A model generated the notes under the pieces. That model did no database searches. It was not told the DNA's origin and worked only from the letters and a program-made list of their open reading frames with translations. This document shows positions 60,769-64,000 of a DNA stretch of 64,000 nt, one piece after another. How positions within the stretch are numbered: position 1 is the first letter of the stretch; the number at the start of each line of letters is the position of its first letter. The DNA lies in the IMG/VR virus record IMGVR_UViG_3300047558_000137, positions 62,001 to 126,000 of that record. The stretch is one strand, 5' to 3'. The position numbers were made by a program, and so were the translations under genes.

Positions 60769-61685
60769 TTTGATTGATCGATTTTAACACCAACTGTTAA
60801 GTTAGTCCAATATTTAGATTGCTCATCCCACCATTTTACTAAATCCTTTTCTGGGATTTGGTAAGGTTGGCAATAGTCAAGTGCATAAGAATCTCTAACA
60901 GATTTTTTACCTTCTACTTTAAGTAGAATATCTCTGATTTCTTTTGCTTTGTCTTCTGGGAATGTTTTTGGTACCATTAGGTTATAAGGAGTATTCATCT
61001 TGCCCATTGCTGTAGGAAAGCCTTGGCTTACTAATGTTGCGTACTTTCCTACAGGTTTAGTGCCGGTGATCCCTAGAATATTCAGCTTAGGCTTACCTGG
61101 TTCAGCAACAACATATTTTTCTGCATCACCAATAAATCCCACTGCTAGATCAACTTGGCCGCCGAGAGCAGCAATAAATGCATCTATTGTAGATTTAAAC
61201 GGAATAATGGTTGCATTTGGGTATGCTCGAACTACCTCAATGGCCATCAGATGACTAACTACACCAAGTCCACTAGTCGCAATGGTAATAGGTTGATCCT
61301 TTGGAACTTCCTTCCATGATGAGTACTTAGAACTTGCTACAGAAAATGGAACACTACATTGTGTGATTAATGTACGGAAATCGTTTGGATCGTAGCTTTC
61401 TTTAGGATAGAAAGCAGGACGCACCCAGAATACACCCGACGTCATAAAAATACTGCCGGGCGTATTTTTAACATAGTTACCTGCAATAGCATTGCCGGCC
61501 CCGGGCTTTGCATCAAAGATAAAGTTATACTTGTCTTGAATTTTATTTGCTTCTTCAGCCAGGTTACGACTGTAGTTTGCACTGTTATCTGCGGCGCTGA
61601 AGCCATAGATGATTTGAATAGTTTCTTTTGCAGATGCAGATAATGCTACTGCCGCAAAAACCAACGCGGTTAAAAGTTTTTTCAT
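60765..61685 (-). CDS. Bug/TctC tripartite tricarboxylate transporter-type substrate-binding protein
   Basis: Signal peptide MKKLL...ASA; KPGAGNAIA, SGLGVVSHL, PFKS..DA..A.LGGQVD; start at 61685 after GGAG. Confidence 0.75.
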   Translation of the reverse strand: MKKLLTALVFAAVALSASAKETIQIIYGFSAADNSANYSRNLAEEANKIQDKYNFIFDAKPGAGNAIAGNYVKNTPGSIFMTSGVFWVRPAFYPKESYDPNDFRTLITQCSVPFSVASSKYSSWKEVPKDQPITIATSGLGVVSHLMAIEVVRAYPNATIIPFKSTIDAFIAALGGQVDLAVGFIGDAEKYVVAEPGKPKLNILGITGTKPVGKYATLVSQGFPTAMGKMNTPYNLMVPKTFPEDKAKEIRDILLKVEGKKSVRDSYALDYCQPYQIPEKDLVKWWDEQSKYWTNLTVGVKIDQSK

Positions 61686-61867
61686 GTTTATTTTCTCCAA
61701 TAAAAATTATACAAAATTATTACTAATTTGTCTATGATTAAAGGCTAGTAGGATTTCTACTTACGGAAGTCGGCGTTCTATGTGTATCACAACAGTAAAA
61801 GAGTTTTACTACTCTTGGCGTCAACTATATGTCCGGCGTCAGATATCTGGCGCTGCAAAATTATTTA

Positions 61868-62851
61868 TTATAATTTGTATTGTAACAAAGTTTCTTTAGC
61901 AAATAATTCTTCTACAGTAAGTAAATGTTTAGACAAGCCTTGTGTGTGGTGGTAACGGCAAAATGTTTCTAACATAGTTAAATTATTTTTAATTCCATAA
62001 CTCCACCAATTGTTGCCAAACTCTCGACGAGTTTCTTCTATGTGTGCAGGCAACCACGGTAACATTATTTTTAATGCATCGGTTTCCTGTAAATCTGTAT
62101 AAGCATACTCTTGAGCCTGTACAAACGCATTAAGTAAATTTTGAGCAAGCCATCTATGTTGTTCATATATCGATCTACGTATAACAATAACATGCATAGC
62201 AGGAAATATATTAGTTAGCCGATAGTAATCTTTTTCTACGTTTGCAAAATCAGGAAACAATCTTATAACTTTCCCGTCACCTTTTAAAAAACTAGTTGGC
62301 GTTCTGGCAGCATATAGTGCATCAATTTCGCCAGTATACAACATATTAGACAATGTTTTATTTGAGTCAATTGGGCTCACAAAATCTAAATCAAGTGGTA
62401 CACGTTCTATTCTGCCGGGCTGCTCTTGCCCGCCGGTGTAATGTTTTTGCGTAGTTTGATCTACACCATAGTATTCTTGCAAAATGCCACGGATCCATAC
62501 AGGTGCAGTCATTTGATATTCAGGGCTCGCTACACGTTTACCATTTAAATCACTCGGTGTTTTAATTCCTGACTCAGCATTAACGTAGATACAACTATGT
62601 CTAAAGAATCTAGATGGAAACACTGGAATAGCAACAAATGGTCTTTCTTCAGTATGTAAAGACATGCAGTAACTAGATAAAGACATTTCTGCTACGTCAA
62701 AATCTTGATATCGTGCCATTCTGAAGAATGTTTCATCTACAGGTAAATTGCTGTAATACAATTCTGCGCCCTCAACAGACACACACCCGTCAATTAACGC
62801 GGCAATGCGATCATAGTTCCAACAGGCAAAACTTAAATTTAATTTTTTCAT
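61868..62851 (-). CDS. 4,5-dihydroxyphthalate decarboxylase-like protein (type 2 periplasmic-binding fold, no signal peptide)
   Basis: YDRIAALIDG, FDVAEMSLSSY, IPVFPSRFFRHS, YQMTAPVWIRGIL, IFP.MH.IVIRR. Confidence 0.8.
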   Translation of the reverse strand: MKKLNLSFACWNYDRIAALIDGCVSVEGAELYYSNLPVDETFFRMARYQDFDVAEMSLSSYCMSLHTEERPFVAIPVFPSRFFRHSCIYVNAESGIKTPSDLNGKRVASPEYQMTAPVWIRGILQEYYGVDQTTQKHYTGGQEQPGRIERVPLDLDFVSPIDSNKTLSNMLYTGEIDALYAARTPTSFLKGDGKVIRLFPDFANVEKDYYRLTNIFPAMHVIVIRRSIYEQHRWLAQNLLNAFVQAQEYAYTDLQETDALKIMLPWLPAHIEETRREFGNNWWSYGIKNNLTMLETFCRYHHTQGLSKHLLTVEELFAKETLLQYKL

Positions 62852-64000
62852 TAAAATCTATTACCTAAGGTAATATTAAATTTTTGTCTAGTATTATCAA
62901 ACATTACAGCATCACCAATATAGTAGAACGGAGTTAAGAACCCAACAAAGCCTACCGCACGGCCAAATTCAATATTAAAGTATTTTCGATCAATATTACG
63001 TTCAACAAAATTAATGCCAGCCATCCAACTATTGTATAGTTTATGTCCTTGAAAGTTATTGTAAAACCAAAAGTCCATTTCGCTATAAAAGTTAGTACCA
63101 GGTTTAGATACTTGAAACGTCATTGGATCGTAGTCAGGATAGACCAATGGCTTAACCATTTGTTCGTATGCTGTTCGCTGAGCGTTACTATGATTAGGCC
63201 AACGCACTAGGTATTGTAAATGCTGATTAGCTGGCATACTAAACCAATTGCGTACTAGGTGTGCTTGCTTTACACTGATCTCAGGCAAGTCCGGAGACCA
63301 GAAGAAGTATTCGTTTGTAATATTAGTATACTCACCTATGTCTGGATTGGCATAGTTAGCCTGGAAGTCGATAAAATACAAATACCACTTGTCGTCACGT
63401 ATACACATCTTAGGTTTGTCAATGCCGTATAACACACAGATCTTTTTACCCGAGTCTGCTAATATGCGTTGGTCAATTGTGTGGTAGTTAGGAAACTTAG
63501 TAACGTGTGCTGGTTGTAGGAAGTCTTTGGCTGCATAAACCCACGACTCATCACGGTCTTCATTTTCTAACATGTCTTCGCTGTAGTCGTGGACTGTAAC
63601 TTTAACCTTAGGGTAATGTACCTGCACCCATTGTAACAACGGTTTAGTTGCTAACTCAGCTTCACTTAGAGTATTTTCAACTTTATAGTTACCGGCATCA
63701 ACGGGTATAGTTTCGCCTCCGGCCTTTGGATAACGAAATACAACTTCGTCGATATGAATACCATTAAGTAGAAAACAAAATAGGGTTTGTGCGCTATCAC
63801 TGCCACCTGAACATTCTAGTCGAATATAATCGTAACGATCCCGTAACTGCTGTGCCCTGATGCGATATAATTCTTTGAGATTTACTTCAGGCTCGTGTGT
63901 CCAATTTTGGGCACCATATACTTCGTTATTAAAATTCCAGTTTGGAAATTGATCTGTGCGAGTGCCTTCTATTAGGGCCTGCACCTTACTGTAATATCGT
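62851..64000 (-). CDS. PP-loop enzyme B (5'-truncated by the window edge), paralogue of 59509..60768
   Basis: IRLECSGGSDS; frame stays open to the window end (RYYSKVQA aligns with FYSKPQA of the paralogue). Confidence 0.7.
   Translation of the reverse strand, partial: RYYSKVQALIEGTRTDQFPNWNFNNEVYGAQNWTHEPEVNLKELYRIRAQQLRDRYDYIRLECSGGSDSAQTLFCFLLNGIHIDEVVFRYPKAGGETIPVDAGNYKVENTLSEAELATKPLLQWVQVHYPKVKVTVHDYSEDMLENEDRDESWVYAAKDFLQPAHVTKFPNYHTIDQRILADSGKKICVLYGIDKPKMCIRDDKWYLYFIDFQANYANPDIGEYTNITNEYFFWSPDLPEISVKQAHLVRNWFSMPANQHLQYLVRWPNHSNAQRTAYEQMVKPLVYPDYDPMTFQVSKPGTNFYSEMDFWFYNNFQGHKLYNSWMAGINFVERNIDRKYFNIEFGRAVGFVGFLTPFYYIGDAVMFDNTRQKFNITLGNRF

Noticed and set aside
61805-61856. Resemblance to the glmS ribozyme 5' core (AGCGCCAG...AGUUGACG)
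   Set aside because: The downstream GAGG and the GGCG partner strand needed for P2/P2.2 are absent, and there is no glmS gene.
59509-64000. Calling the SGGxDS proteins QueC
   Set aside because: They are about 400 aa, lack the C-terminal Cys zinc motif of QueC and lie about 25 kb from the dpd cluster. Kept only as a hypothesis.
1-64000. Numerous short antisense or alternate-frame ORFs in the track (e.g. 66..380, 21275..21682, 37650..38081, 51861..52250, 50639..50821)
   Set aside because: They are fully nested opposite or within well-supported genes, with no motifs or RBS; they are shadow ORFs.
1-64000. CRISPR arrays, tRNA/rRNA genes, IS elements, alternative genetic code
   Set aside because: No repeat-spacer arrays, cloverleafs or transposases were recognised by eye, and known genes are full length in code 11. 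tRNAscan-SE or a CRISPR finder would be needed to exclude small ones definitively.

Overview
This window looks like a 64-kb segment of a large, T4-related (jumbo) myophage genome. It is not a bacterial chromosome. Evidence: T4-type family-B DNA polymerase, sliding clamp, RNase H and DsbA-like genes; thyA/DHFR; a GH19 endolysin-spanin-holin cassette; recurring TAAATA late-promoter boxes plus host sigma70 promoters; dense and mostly minus-strand gene packing in the standard genetic code. Spanins, a lipoprotein and a Bug/TctC receptor point to a Gram-negative host, possibly a betaproteobacterium (inference). Main systems: (1) a 7-deazaguanine pathway (folE, queD, queE, a second QueD-like protein and a long TGT/DpdA-like protein) with no recognisable queC. 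It sits beside a GT-B glycosyltransferase, methyltransferases and a sulfotransferase next to the replisome genes, and there is a preQ1-I-like leader ahead of queD. (2) A late operon of proteins that begin with a T4-IP-like capsid-targeting peptide (MRATEFVTE type) and contain many hydrophobic-X-Glu putative prohead-protease sites. These include polyprotein-like cargo and a GH19 hydrolase whose targeting peptide masks a Tat signal. (3) A large sugar/glycan-modifying toolkit. (4) Auxiliary genes: isocitrate lyase, Dps, ClpA, DnaJ. (5) A GIY-YIG / DGQHR-ParB / HNH cassette. (6) Two PP-loop enzymes paired with solute-binding-fold proteins. No tRNA, rRNA, CRISPR array or IS element was recognised. 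All family assignments come from motif recognition by eye; no database searches were run.
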